A DNA stretch of 64,000 bases from Octopus vulgaris (lineage: Eukaryota): positions 82,708,001 to 82,772,000 of the forward strand of contig OX597826.1 of NCBI GenBank assembly GCA_951406725.2, in the 5' to 3' direction. Made by a program: the position numbers and the translations under genes. Below, one piece after another: positions 1-12,497 of the stretch (within the stretch, counting starts at the first letter, position 1; the number at the start of each line of letters is the position of its first letter). The notes under the pieces were generated by a model that was not told the origin of the DNA, ran no database searches, and was given only the letters and a program-made list of their open reading frames with translations.

Positions 1-385
1 TTACATGTTTTTGGTAATTTCTGGTGGGGAGGCTTTGGTCTTGTGCTGCAATTAAAAATCCCTCCGTCTCTGCTTTGAGTCCTGAGCTTCTCAACCATTG
101 CTGGGATTTTTCTTTGTCGATATCTTTTGCATTTAGTTTAGTCCAGTATTTACCATGAAGGGGCTTTTCTTGCCATCGTTTTATCTTGGTCCGTTGCTGT
201 TCTAGTTTTCGTTTGGATTTCATTTGTTTTATAGCTTTGTCGTGTTTTCTTCTTCTTCTTCTTCTTCTTCTTCTTCTTCTTCTTCTGCTTCTTCTTCTTC
301 TGCTTCTTCTTCTTCTGCTTCTTCTTCTTCTTCTTCTTCATATTTGTTAGGTGGTATGATTTCTTGTTTGTATTTGTCAGGTTTG
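1..385 (-). mobile_element. R4/Dong-like RLE non-LTR retrotransposon fragment (post-RT region), 5'-truncated, runs off the window start
   Basis: Manual minus-strand translation gives RWQEKPLHGKYWTKLNAKDIDKEKSQQWLRSSGLKAETEGFLIAAQDQSLPTRNYQKHV, the typical R4-clade post-RT block. The (TCT)n at 247-340 reads as a (GAA)n poly-Glu expansion within this coding region. Confidence 0.85.
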
Positions 386-637
386 TATTATTATTATTAT
401 TACTCTATGTTTGACTTTTGCTTTATATTTGTACAAGTTGGCTCCAAGTCTCACTCAGAGACCTCAAGAGACAACAGGCTGGAAGTTCGTGTTGTTGTTA
501 TGCCTAGTGTGCCATATATTTGGTTTTGTATTTAGTGTTGTACTAGTGAATGTCTAAAAAAAAAACAAAATTATGTTTGTTTTAAAACATTACATAGAAA
601 GTATTTTGTGTAGGATATTAGCAGTTCCCATGAGCAC

Positions 638-640
<3 letters not shown>
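386..640 (-). mobile_element. R4/Dong-like extreme 3' fragment (ORF C-terminus, 3' UTR, (TAA)n tail)
   Basis: Minus strand reads VLMGTANILHKILSM* (about 590-637), then a UTR ending in (TAA)n at 386-402. Confidence 0.75.
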
Positions 641-674
<34 letters not shown>

Positions 675-1036
675 TATACACTCAACAGATTAGACTGTTG
701 GAAAAGAAAAGAATCCTAACATCAGGCTACAACAAATTGCCTTAGATGGCAAGAACCCTCCTAAGTATCTTGGTTGTCCCTAATAACACTGTTTTTGCAG
801 CTCTACTAAATTGGATTTTATGTCTATGGCTAAGACGATCTGTTCAGATCTCTAGGGATAATCCCCAATGCCCCTATAACTACTGGGATACATTTTATCC
901 GCACTCTTTATATCTCCATAGTCTCTGTAATTCAATGGCCAGGTCCTGGTACTTTGCTATCTTTCTATACTTCTCATTAATTTTTCCTCATTTGGGACTG
1001 TAAAGTCAATTATCTGGCACTTTCTATCCTCTTTAT

Positions 1037-1045
<9 letters not shown>
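637..1045 (-). mobile_element. R4/Dong-like 3' fragment with the end of the restriction-like endonuclease domain
   Basis: Minus strand with frameshifts: VDKEDRKCQIIDFTVPNE...KIAKYQDLAIELQRLW...IKCIPVVIGALG...TVLLGTTKILRRVLAI*, a short UTR, and a (TAA)n tail at 637-673. Confidence 0.85.
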
Positions 1046-1075
<30 letters not shown>

Positions 1076-1126
1076 GTGGCCAGTCACGCAGACGGCGCAA
1101 TACGTCGTCATAATGGGGGACATTTC

Positions 1127-3290
1127 AGATGGTAAGTCAGAGATCATTGTCAAATAATTTGCGGTTCCCGTTTTGATCATTCCAAATGCTTCTACAATTC
1201 CTGGTATTGCAACCGTCTTGAGATGTCAAAGATTTCGATTAGCAAATCTTTATATTTTCTCAACTTATCAAATTCTTTCGCCGACATATTATGGTACCAA
1301 GGTATGCTCATGTCAATCAATAAACGGTCTTTATTGTTTTGCTTTTTCACAACAATATCTGGTTTATTTGCTTTGATAGTCCGGTCAGTACTTTTTGGAA
1401 AGTACCAAAGAATCGTTACATTTTCTCCTTCAGTTACAGCCTCGGCGTGGTGCTTGTACCATTTGTCAGCAGTTTTGATTTTATAATGGCGACAAATTAT
1501 CCAGTGTATTGGATAATGTATTAATATTGACCAACTCCGCCATGTCTAGATTTGAACTCTACATGTGCTAAAACATTGCACCCAGAGATTAGGTGATCCA
1601 CTGTTTCAATTCTATCGTTGCAGTATACACACTTTGGGTCTAAACCATTCTTCATTACATTGGCTTAATAGTTCCGGGTCAAAATGCTCTGATCTTGAGC
1701 AGCCAAGATAATGCCTTCACTGGCCACTGATGGGTGTGCTTCTAGTCTACAACAGCTTGTTTGCTACAGGCCACATATATGCCATGCAGAGGATTTTGCT
1801 TTGCTATTGATTTCACCTTCTTTGCAACTACATTTGCCGCACTTCCATCATGCTGTTCTACCTGGGTATTTTGCATAAACTTAATTGAAAACTTTTTGTT
1901 CTCCTTCGTAACAAAATGTGGCTTTTTACGTCTCTCGTGGTTTTCAACGAGCTTTGTCATGTGGTAGTTTTGTGATAAATTTCAAATTGCATCAGGCCTC
2001 GACTCAATCTTATGAGTTCTGGGTAGATAAAGACGATCTACATCTGCCTTTGGGATGTACATCTTATTGCAAGTCAGCAGCTTATGGATTTTCCTCTCAC
2101 TCTTCCTTATTTCGCTCATAGTCCAGTTCAACACATTGAAACTGTAAATAACAACCGGAACTGCTAAGGAATTTATGGCTAACACCCTGTTACGCTCACT
2201 TAACTCGGATTTTAGGACTGCTCGAACTCTCCTGTAACTTTCCTTCCTCATCATCTCTTTCCTACTTACATGCTGAATTTGCCAGAGCCCTCATTTATTC
2301 CGAGGTATTTTAAAGTTTGTCCCTGCTCGAGATCTTGTATGACTGCGTCAACATCCAGCAGCGCTGGATGCGAGGTCTTTAATTTGCCTTTCTGGAAAGT
2401 GGCCTTGGCACATATCAAGACTAAATTCCATGCCAATGTCATCACTGAATGCTTTCGCAGTACGTGGTAGTCCTTCAAAATCATTATCGTCTTAGCCATA
2501 GAGTTTTAATTCATCCATATAAAATATATGTCTTATTTTCCTGTCGCCAATTTTATACCCGTACCCTGTTAAGTTTACTGTAAGGGTTATTAGGGCTATG
2601 CAAAAAATTAAAGATGAAAGTGAGTCACCTTGGAAAATGCCGCAGTTGATATTAATATTTTTTGTTGTCAGTATTCCATTAGAGTGGTATAATTGGAGAT
2701 TCGTATTCCACACTGACATGTTGTACTTCAAGAAGTTTGAAATCACAATTTTGAAGATATCCAGCGATTTCAAGATCCATGGATGCGCTATGCTATCGAA
2801 GGCCTTTTTTTATAAATCAATCCATGCAGAACTGAGATTTCTGCCTTTGTTATGACAGTTATCAAAGATCATGTGATTGATTAAAAGTCGGTACCTTTTT
2901 TGTTCAGTGAAGAAAATATCGTTCTGTGCCATAGATTTGTATGTTTTCTCCACGAGGATGGACGTTAAAAGTTGATGCGTGGTAGATAGACATGTTATGG
3001 GACGATAGTTTTGGGAAATTTGATTTCATTATTCTTCGGGAGTAGGTAAGTAATACCTCTTGCTAACTAATCAGGTGTTTTCGTAGGATCTCTCATAATT
3101 TTATTGAATAACTGAACGAACTTTGGCACCCTATCATTACCAGGAAATTTCTACTTATGAGCATTCGTGAGCGTCATCCTTAAGGATGCCATTGTGATAT
3201 CTTCCCATGCTTGTTTTGGTAAGTTTTGGTAGGATTCTTCTAAGTCTTTTCATCACTACAGATATTTTTCCAACTGTTTTCAACCAATTA
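1127..3290 (-). mobile_element. Degraded R4/Dong-like element: RT, CCHC zinc knuckle and PD-(D/E)xK endonuclease (pseudogenised)
   Basis: ORF pieces 2492-2773 (GIFQGDSLS...FYMDELKLYG, a YMDD-type RT), 2266-2499 (KYLGI) and 1982-2254 (AINSLAVPVVIYSF...DVDRLYLPR). Manual reading gives AAQDQSILTRNY, CVYCNDRIETVDHLISGC and TDRTIKANKPDIVV...LIDMSIP. Many stops and frameshifts. Confidence 0.92.
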
Positions 3291-3657
3291 TTATTATTAT
3301 TATCATCAATATTATTATTGTTATTATCATTACTTTTTTTCTTCTTTCAAATTTGCTTCCATTTCTTGCCGAGTGTCTTCCCGACTCCTAGGGCAAAGAA
3401 ACTCATAGTATACATTGGTAGGACATTAAACCAAACTCAATAGTTCATTCATTAAAAAAAAATTTTTTTTTTTTTAAGTGAAATTAAAATGCTCTTCTCA
3501 ATACGTGTGATGTACCAGTTAAGACAATCTTTTGCACTTCTTGCAGGGATGGTAAGCCAGGGATCATTCTCATATAATTTTCGGTTCCCTTCTTGATCAT
3601 TCCTAGTGCTCCTACGATCACTGGTATTGTAACCGCCTTGAGATGCCACATTTTCTC

Positions 3658-3660
<3 letters not shown>
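3290..3660 (-). mobile_element. R4/Dong-like 3' fragment, same subfamily as 1127-3290
   Basis: Minus strand IEKMWHLKAVTIPVIVGALGMIKKGTENYMRMIPGLPSLQEVQKIVLTGTSHVLRRAF*, similar to GMIKTGTANYLTMISDLPS at about 1130-1190; followed by a UTR and a (TAA)n tail. Confidence 0.85.
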
Positions 3661-3688
<28 letters not shown>

Positions 3689-3776
3689 TAGTTTTATTTT
3701 TATAGCGTGCTTTCACTTCACTACCGAGCGCAGCTCTGTGTGCCTTGGGTATGTGCTGTGATTTGTTGTGATGCTC

Positions 3777-3965
3777 TTATTATTATTATTATTATCATTA
3801 TTATTATTATCATTATAATTATTATTATCATTATTATTATTATTATTATTATCATTATTATTATTATTATCATCATCATTATTATCATTATTATTATTAT
3901 CATTATAATTATTATTATCATTATTATTATTATTATTATTATCATTATTATTATTATTATCATCA

Positions 3966-4007
<42 letters not shown>
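3777..4007. repeat. (TTA/TCA)n trinucleotide microsatellite with internal higher-order duplication
   Basis: Seen directly; it explains the poly-I and poly-N ORFs. Confidence 0.97.
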
Positions 4008-4008
<1 letters not shown>

Positions 4009-4547
4009 GTGAGAGAGGAACGCATGCCATCAAAGTGACACTGAATTAACATATTCGAAGCCTAATCTACGTATCATGACTAACCCGTCTGATAAGGGTA
4101 CACCAGGCACATGCATAACAACCATTTGTGCGCGAGATGGTGATCTCATATCAAGATAAACAGCACATGACCTTGCAGGTGGGGCCCAGTTAGAATTTTC
4201 TTCATGTTGAGTAGCCCATCCCGCTCAAAAGGTCCCTGAATAAGGGTTGTTTAAGGATGTTGAACAAAACACCAAAGGTGAATTATCCAAACACCGAAGG
4301 ATTCCTCTCAACACACAGCTATGATGCTCCTCCACTACTTCTGGTCGTGATCAGAGATACACATATCGTCAGCCACTAAGGGACATATTCAACTGTTTAA
4401 AGTTAAGCATCTGAGGAGCAAATCTTTGGTGTGGAGCAGAATATTTGCTGTTGTCCATCTTTTATACCAAGGCAAAACACTGTACATGATCAAACTTCCA
4501 ATCAGTTAAGATCAGAAGCCATGAGAGCCACTGCCTGGTACTGCATC
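4009..4547. repeat. Unclassified ~540-bp interspersed element, copy 1, in (TTA)n
   Basis: Aligns end to end by eye with 4833-5389 (gtgagaga...gccatcaaagtgacactg...ctgcctggtactgcatca). Confidence 0.85.
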
Positions 4548-4564
4548 ATCATCATCATCATTAT

Positions 4565-4770
4565 TTTTTTTTTATACTCTATACACAAGGTCCGATATTT
4601 TGGGGAAGTGGTCAATCGATTAGATCGACCCCAGTACGCAACTGGTACTTAATTTATCGACCTCGAAAGAATAAAAGGCAAAGTGGATCTAGGCGAAATT
4701 TGACCTCAGAAAGTAAAGACAGACAAAATACGGCAAATCATTTCGCTAACTTTTCTGCCAGCTCGCCGCC

Positions 4771-4772
<2 letters not shown>
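4565..4772 (-). mobile_element. tRNA-derived SINE family B, degenerate copy
   Basis: Reverse complement matches 29682-29913 and 30981-31214 (aaggcggcgagctggcagaa...gtcgataaattaagtaccagtt). Confidence 0.85.
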
Positions 4773-4817
<45 letters not shown>

Positions 4818-4832
4818 CATTATTATTATTAT

Positions 4833-5389
4833 GTGAGAGAGCAGTGCATGCCATCAAAGTGACACTGGGGTAAAATATACGAAGCCCAGTATACCTATCA
4901 TGACTACCTGTCTGATAAGGGTACACTAGGCACATTCATCACAACCATATGTGCGCGAGATGGTGATCTCATATCAAGATAAACAGCACATGACCTTGCA
5001 GGTGGGGCCAAGTTAGAATTTTCTTCTGGTCGAGTAACCTCATCTTGCTCAAAAGGTCCCTGAATAAAGGTTGTTTAAGGATGTTGAACGAAACACCCAT
5101 GTTTCCAGAGGTGAGTTATTCAAACCCCAAAGAATCCCTCTCAACACATGTCTATGATGCTCCCCCACCACTTCTGCTCGTGATCAGAGATGCACATATC
5201 GTCAGCCACTAAGGGAAATGCTCAACTGGTTAAGGTCAAACAACTGACAAGCAAATCTGTGGTATTGAGCAGAATATTTGTTGTAGCCCATCTTTTATGC
5301 CAAGACAAAACAATATACATGATAACACTTCCAATCAGTTAAGATCAGAAGCTATGAAAGCTACTGCCTGGTACTGCATCAAGGCATTT
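4833..5389. repeat. Unclassified ~555-bp interspersed element, copy 2, in (TTA)n
   Basis: Direct copy of 4009-4547, flanked on both sides by (TTA)n. Confidence 0.85.
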
Positions 5390-5392
5390 ATA

Positions 5393-5443
<51 letters not shown>

Positions 5444-5694
5444 GTTATTGTTATTATTATTATTATTATGTTGCTCAATGTGATAATTCTGTGAGACTTT
5501 GGCAGAACGAATGATTTTAGCTGATATTTCTAGTACATCAAGTGACCATATTAAGACATGTTGTTTGCCCACATAAAATATCGGTCAACAAAACTATTCG
5601 GTTGACAAACTCTGTATCGCATGGGAGAAATTTTTGCGTCTGTTTCAAATCACCGTATTCAATGCTTTTCATCCTTCTTGGTTCGTCTCTCTGT

Positions 5695-5700
<6 letters not shown>

Positions 5701-5767
<67 letters not shown>
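5701..5767. repeat. (CT)n microsatellite
   Basis: Seen directly. Confidence 0.98.
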
Positions 5768-5769
<2 letters not shown>

Positions 5770-7055
5770 GGGTAGTGATGTCGCTTTAGTCAACCAAGGT
5801 CACCGCGCTTTGGCCACGTGTCTATGTCACAAATGAATTATTTGATAATATGAAGTCTACATATCCAGTTTGTGCAGCACATATTTAGTTTCACTCTTAA
5901 ATTGATAATCCCGAGGTTTTATTAATTAGGACACAGTATTTCGTTTTGCAACCGTTGTATACTACTAATTATTTAATTATTTACAAGATAATATTGTGTT
6001 AGCAGTGCGATATTCTCCTTTATTTATATCGATTTCTATCGAATTCAGAGTCAATACTGAGAGTTACGAGTTTTCATATACGAATACGTCTAACTTTCGC
6101 TGCTGGCTCTCAATTCTAAAGAAAATCCGGAGACAAACTCGAAATCCTGACGTTGTATCTTCCATATATTTTGTCAAGTTAGAAGAATACAACCATACAG
6201 CTGATCAGTGTGAAACGTTAATTGATTTTTTCCTCTCGAGGGAAATGCAAATGACAATATCACTTTCCAATTGCAAAGGCAGAACAATGCGGATATTTGA
6301 GTCAATTAAACCAGTAGGCAAAATAAAAAGTCAATAAATTTATCCATTTTAATTAAATGACACTAAGTGTTTCCCATAATGCAACAGCCATTTAATTATG
6401 TGCCTCCCATGCGTTTGTCAATGGAATGATCAGGGTAATTAAACTGGATTAACACCAGCAGGTTATCAAAACTGTACTCAGCACTGCAAGGAGATTTCCC
6501 GCCAAGAAAGCATCTCCAAGGCTGTCCGATCTCATACAAATAGCTGTCAAATTCTCACATCATTTTACTACCATGTAAATAAATGAGAGCCTCGTTATAT
6601 AACACTTCATTATCCATGTAAAAAAAAAAAAGATGGAGTGTTTCCGGTGGAATTTCTTGTATTTTAAGTGTTAACAAGATTGGTATAGGATAATCTACTG
6701 TTTCGGGAAAAGAATCTTCTTCAGAGAAAAAGATAGAATTCATTTTCCCAGGCAAAATAAAAAAAAAAGCTATATTGATCTCAATATTCTTTGAGTCGAT
6801 ACAATGATTTCGTTTATGACATTGTTTAATGTCTTAGCGGCACCTTTGTGCCGCAGCTGAGGGTTGAAACTTGTCACTCTGAGTGCTTCACTATCTCTTT
6901 CTGTTAATTACTTTGTAACAGCTTTTTTTTTGCTCTTGTATTATAAACTCACAACACACGAAGTGTGATTTAGCGGTCACGAGTTCAAGAAGAAACGTTG
7001 CAATTCATGTTGATATTGTCACCTCCATGTGTTCGTGAAGGTGACAATATGTATG

Positions 7056-8287
7056 GTAATGCCTCTGACCCACCTGCCTTTGATTGATCTAGCTGAGATT
7101 TTGCATGTGTAATTGTTTATATCTCTAAAGATTAAGTGGCAAATTACAGCTCCGAACTAATAGTGGTTTCTGATTTACATGTATTTGAAATGAGTCAAGT
7201 GGGAAATGGAGCCTGTTGAGTGTTGAGAAGTGATCCGGTTTTTGTATTTGAAATGACGCACACCACAGGAGACTTTTGATGAAATGAAAATAACTTATGG
7301 TGATGATGCCCCATCATATGACCTTGTAAAAGGCTGGCATCGTGAATTCAAACATGGTCGGAACTCTGGAAACAGCTCCCAGATCTGGTCGCACCCCTTC
7401 TGCCATTGATGAGGCATCTGTCCGTCAAGTTGAGGCTGCCATTTTGGAAGATGGACGCATAACTATTCGCCAAATAGCCCATGAGGTCAAGATTAGTACC
7501 GGGTCTGTGGAAACTATCATTCATGACCATTTGCATATGCAAAATGTGTCTGCCAGAGGGATTCCCAGGTTGCTCACACTTTTCCTGAAGCAAGAACGCG
7601 TCGAGTGCTCGAGGATGAATTTAGGGATGTGCCAAGAAGATGAGTCAAAATTTTTCAAAACACTGATTACACAGGATGAGACCTGGGTCCTTCACCATGA
7701 TCCAGAGACCAAAGCCCAGTCAATGCAGTGGAAGCACCATGACTCACCTCCTCCAAAGAAGGCAAGAGTGCAGCCCTCCGCTGGCAAGGTCATGCTCACA
7801 GTCTTCTGGGACCAGGACGGAATAGTGATGACAGAATTCCTGGCAAAGGGTACCACAATTACAGGAGCCTATCATGCTTCACTTTTGAGGAAATTAAGAG
7901 AAGCTATCAAAACTAAGAGGCGGGGCAAGATCACCAAAGGCATCCTCCTCCTGCAGGACAACGCTCCGGTCCACAACACTTCCCCCATCCCCCTACTCTC
8001 TTGACCTTGCAGGCTTTGATTTTCACCTCTTCCCAGCCATGAAGTTTTTTTTGAAAGGAAAGCGTTTCCCAGATGATACAGCCTTGATTTCTGAAGTCAC
8101 GTCGTGGTTGGAGGACCAAGCTGGGGTCTTCTATGAAAACGGTCTCCAGAGCTGTATCAAACGATGGGAGAAATGCGTAACTCTGGGTTGTTCCTATGCT
8201 GAGAAAGACTAATACCTGTGCCAAGTTTCGTTGCTCTATTGCTATGGAAAGTGGGTCAGGGGCATTACTTATTGAACGCCCCTCGTA
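7056..8287 (+). mobile_element. mariner (Tc1/mariner, D,D34D-type) DNA transposon, defective
   Basis: Right TIR tgggtcaggggcattacttattgaacgcccctcg followed by TA at 8252-8287. Only the inner part of the left TIR survives (gtaatgcctctgaccca, 7056-7072). Encloses a transposase pseudogene. Confidence 0.92.
7206..8212 (+). pseudogene. mariner transposase pseudogene
   Basis: ORF 7342-8004 has PRSGR, GIPRLL (WVPREL-like), ITQDETWV, KVMLTVFWD and LLQDNAPVH. The N-terminus MEPVEC*EVIRFLYLK*RT carries stops. The HPPYS/DLA region and the C-terminus RWEKCVTLG are frameshifted. Confidence 0.92.
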
Positions 8288-8356
8288 CGTTTTCATCAGT
8301 GCTTAGGGACCCATAGCATTCTTTGTACAAAGCAGGAAATAGTGTTTGTTTCTTTG

Positions 8357-8414
<58 letters not shown>

Positions 8415-8942
8415 CACGCGCGTACCTACGTAAGTACACGTTGAAAATTACATCGCAACTTAAACACCAAATTTTCACACAGCCATGGATTTTTCGCTAT
8501 TTCCCTCGGTCCTTCCCTCCCTCTCTTTTCATCTTACTAATTCATTTTCGGCATATTTCACGCCACCATAAACAGTCGATTTTTCTCATCTTGCTTCCTC
8601 TCAGTTTCTACGGAAATAAATAATTTTAATGCAACCATTTTCTAAAAATTCCTATTATTCTTTTGACAATTTCTTGTGATCTGCAAATGTAGTTTTTCTT
8701 TAACTATTTTTGAATTTCTTTCAACTGTGCATCGTTGTTAGAATTCTTTGCTGTTGTTCCTGTTAATAAAGCTTTACAATTATTAGACTATTCTGATTGT
8801 TAAGTTTGATAAATATGAGTTTGCTCTTGGATTTTTACTTCGTTTCATTTCTGTTTCCATTCAGAAGTTTATCGAGTTTTTTGTTTCATTCACTATATGC
8901 CTCTGTGTGTGTGCGTGTGTGTAGTATACATGTTTTTATGAA

Positions 8943-8984
<42 letters not shown>

Positions 8985-9237
8985 TATTGTTTCGTAATAT
9001 AAATTCTAGTATTTTAAATGCAATTACGTTTAGAAATACATTCGAGCACGTGCTTTACCTCTATGCAAACGTATCCACAGGCTTGCATACATGTGTATGT
9101 GTGTATTTATGTATATTCGCCAGTGTATTCTTATATGAATGTGTGCGTTTGCTTAATTTCTCATATTCTATATAATCAAATACTCACTAATTCACAGATT
9201 CGTCTGTTTTTCACTTGTCACATTTAGACATGTCTTG

Positions 9238-9282
<45 letters not shown>

Positions 9283-9554
9283 TTGCATATTTAATACAAA
9301 CAGGAAAGATAGAATTTAATACGTAACGGTAAGTGCTAATACTATTTATATATATATATCCTAGAAGCTATAGATGTGTCTCGTCAAACAAATATTTCGT
9401 CTCAAAGTACTTATCAACCTTTCCATGTGTGCTTTTGAATGCAACTCTAGGTCCTTAGCCATAAATCAAATAATTAATATGATTGTGTGTATATATATCT
9501 ATAAATGTGCTTCCATGTGTGTGTGGACGTATGCGCATTTGTAGATAATGATGT

Positions 9555-9605
<51 letters not shown>

Positions 9606-11279
9606 CTATGTGTGGGTGAGAGAGAGAGAGAGAGAGAATGTAAGAGAGAGGACGAGAAATATAGCATTTACATATGACATTGTCTAATAGCTTCATAAGA
9701 AAAATATAAATAATTTCCAAATGTTTTGTAATTTTCTCTCCAGCTAAGATTATATCCGTTCTCCTTGCGATAATGACATTATTGTGTAATATTAGTCGTT
9801 TGGTCGGGTAGAAAAAAAACAACCTATCTCTTTGTATGCTCCACTTGTTAACTTACAGACATAATTTCAACGTTTTGCCTTCTTTGCTTGTTAATCAGAT
9901 ACGCCGGCCATCTCGTCTTCACCATTTACTCAAATTATACATCGTCCTCATTCATCTAATTCTGATTATCTATCATCCTCATCTATCTCCAACATCATCA
10001 TCATCATCATCATCATCAACATCGTCATCGTCTATAAATCTTAATTATTATTCATGTAGACGAATAGGGGAAGCTTTAAGTACTTTAATTAATTGTTAAT
10101 TATTTATCTAGTCTGCGATATCTCAGTCAAAACTACTTGTAATATACTGCGTTTAATTCAAAATGTATTTCATTATCCAATCTACGATGCTCTTCTTTAT
10201 ACGATTTTCAGCCGCGGCTGCCCTAACACTATTTATAATTCGTTGACCGATTTTTTTTTTTTTTAATTTTCTTTTTATTTATTTATTTTTTTGAATAGCC
10301 TTAGTCACCAGATTTAGTGTGTGAGTCCCATACAAGCGACCGGGTTGACTACCATGCTAAGCGATTCGTTTTCTTACGAGGTTTGTACTGCTTTCAGGCG
10401 GCCCACATCAAGTTGGGAGCAAGTGACTAGCTTGGAGAGAAATATTTAGGTAGGGATTTGACAAACTTGAATAGCAATGGCACGGGCGCACGCGCACTTA
10501 GTCATATAATTGTCTCAGGCAAAGTGACAGCCCACGTAAGACAAAAATAAGAACAAGAACATTCGCTCGGACCAACAAATGCGCACAAAAATAATAGACA
10601 GCATTCCCAAACGATGCATAAGCATATATGAGGAAACATACACAAATAAACATATACTCATACATACACTCTCTCTCTCTCTCTCTCTCTCTCTTTCACA
10701 CACACACACGCGCGCGCACATAAATGTGACACACCCAAACTACTCATGCTCACATATATATATATGCACACGCCTACAATTATGACACGCGTCATTCACA
10801 AACTACGTATACACGTACATATGCACACAACACACGCACACACACAACACATACATGCGCACACAGTCGCACACCAAAGAAACATATCAAACACGGGTGT
10901 ACATAGGAGAAGGAAGACATTTTGCCGTTGGTTTGCTCGATTGGAAGTGATCTGGGAGTAAAAACATGAAATAAAACGCACGCACACACTCAAATACACA
11001 CACACGATACATGCACGCACACATACACACATGTATGTATATAAGATATATATAGGACGCCAAGACACGTCTGAACACAACCGCATCACATGGGTCCAAT
11101 GGCATTTGTTGCTGAAGAAAAGTTGGTCATTAATTGTTTATGTTTTGCTCTACACTGACACATCCATACAAACTGTTTCCGCTTTTCTTCACACTTCCTC
11201 TGCCTCTCAGTCGTTCACACACACTTACACACAGACATGTAAATATATATGTGCGTGTGAGTGTATGTATGTGTGTGTG

Positions 11280-11330
<51 letters not shown>

Positions 11331-11332
<2 letters not shown>

Positions 11333-11542
11333 CTCTTTTACTCTTTTACTTGTTTCAGTCATTTGCCTGCGGCCATGCTGGAGCATCGCCTTTTAATCAA
11401 GCAACTTGACCCCGGGACTTATTCTTTGTAAGCCCAGTACTTATTCTATCGGTCTCTTTTGCCGAACCACTAAGTGACGGGAACGTCAACACACCAGCAT
11501 CGGTTGTCAAGCAATGCTAGGGGGACAAACGCAGACACACAA

Positions 11543-11597
<55 letters not shown>

Positions 11598-11687
11598 TAA
11601 TCCAAACAAGAAAACACAGAAAAAAAGAGAAAAAAAACACAGCAACGCAGGACGTGGAACAATTAAAGTATTATTGACGCTCAAAGG

Positions 11688-11770
<83 letters not shown>

Positions 11771-11897
11771 CTACCAAATACACCCACAAGGCTTTGGTCG
11801 GCTCGAGGCTATAGTAGAAGACACTTACCCAAGGTGCCACGTAGTGGGACTAAACCCGGAACCATGTGGTTGGTAAACAAGCTACTTACCACACATA
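11331..11897 (-). mobile_element. tRNA-derived SINE family A, interrupted at its internal (TA)n
   Basis: 3' half 11331-11545 and 5' half 11770-11897 match the reverse complement of 50785-51190; B-box-like GGTTTAGTCC; tail (GTAAAAGA)n. Confidence 0.88.
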
Positions 11898-12034
11898 CAC
11901 CCATACTCGCGCGCACAGGCTTATACGAAGCTTGGCAAAAGTGAGATGTAGGATAAATTGGAACGAATGGAGAGATCAAGAATGCAGCAAGAATCACAGC
12001 ATTAAGTTGGGGGGGGGAGTAGAAACGTAAAAGT

Positions 12035-12310
12035 TGATTGGGATTTCGAAACGGATCATTGTTCGTTATCCTTGTTGGATGACACCATCATCTTGTACAT
12101 CAGCATTCGTTGTAGAGACTCGAATGTATTCTAGGCCAACTCAGGATAGAAATGCATTGATTCACACAACCCCTCAAACCCCACATCCATGGAGTGGGAC
12201 CGTTTATCATTGTCTGGCACCTCGGCATACACTGGATTTGCATTTTCATGGAAACGTAAGAATCGACTTCAAATGCGCCGCTTAAAAAAAAATGGAATAT
12301 TTGACACAAT
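12035..12310 (+). mobile_element. Possible very old mariner transposase remnant
   Basis: Colinear fragments in shifting frames (WDFE...LLDDTIILY; QDRNALIHT; MEWD; ctggcacctcggcatac, LAPS-like; KNGIFD) resemble WD.KG / HDNARPH / LAPSDY / NGI motifs. Weak. Confidence 0.3.
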
Positions 12311-12461
12311 TTTTCGCGCGTCATTTCCGCGAAGCTCTTTTCTTACACCTTTTAAGACAGAACATAGTTATTCGTCTGTCAATTACGAAGGAAGAAAGAG
12401 TGAGAATTTTATTTTGAAGTAAAGAACAGAACTGGTAAGACGCGAACTAATTAGGAAAGAG

Positions 12462-12497
<36 letters not shown>

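Noticed and set aside
5290-5389. Faint 5S rRNA-like wording at the end of the 550-bp element
   Set aside because: Only scattered short matches and no intact internal control boxes.
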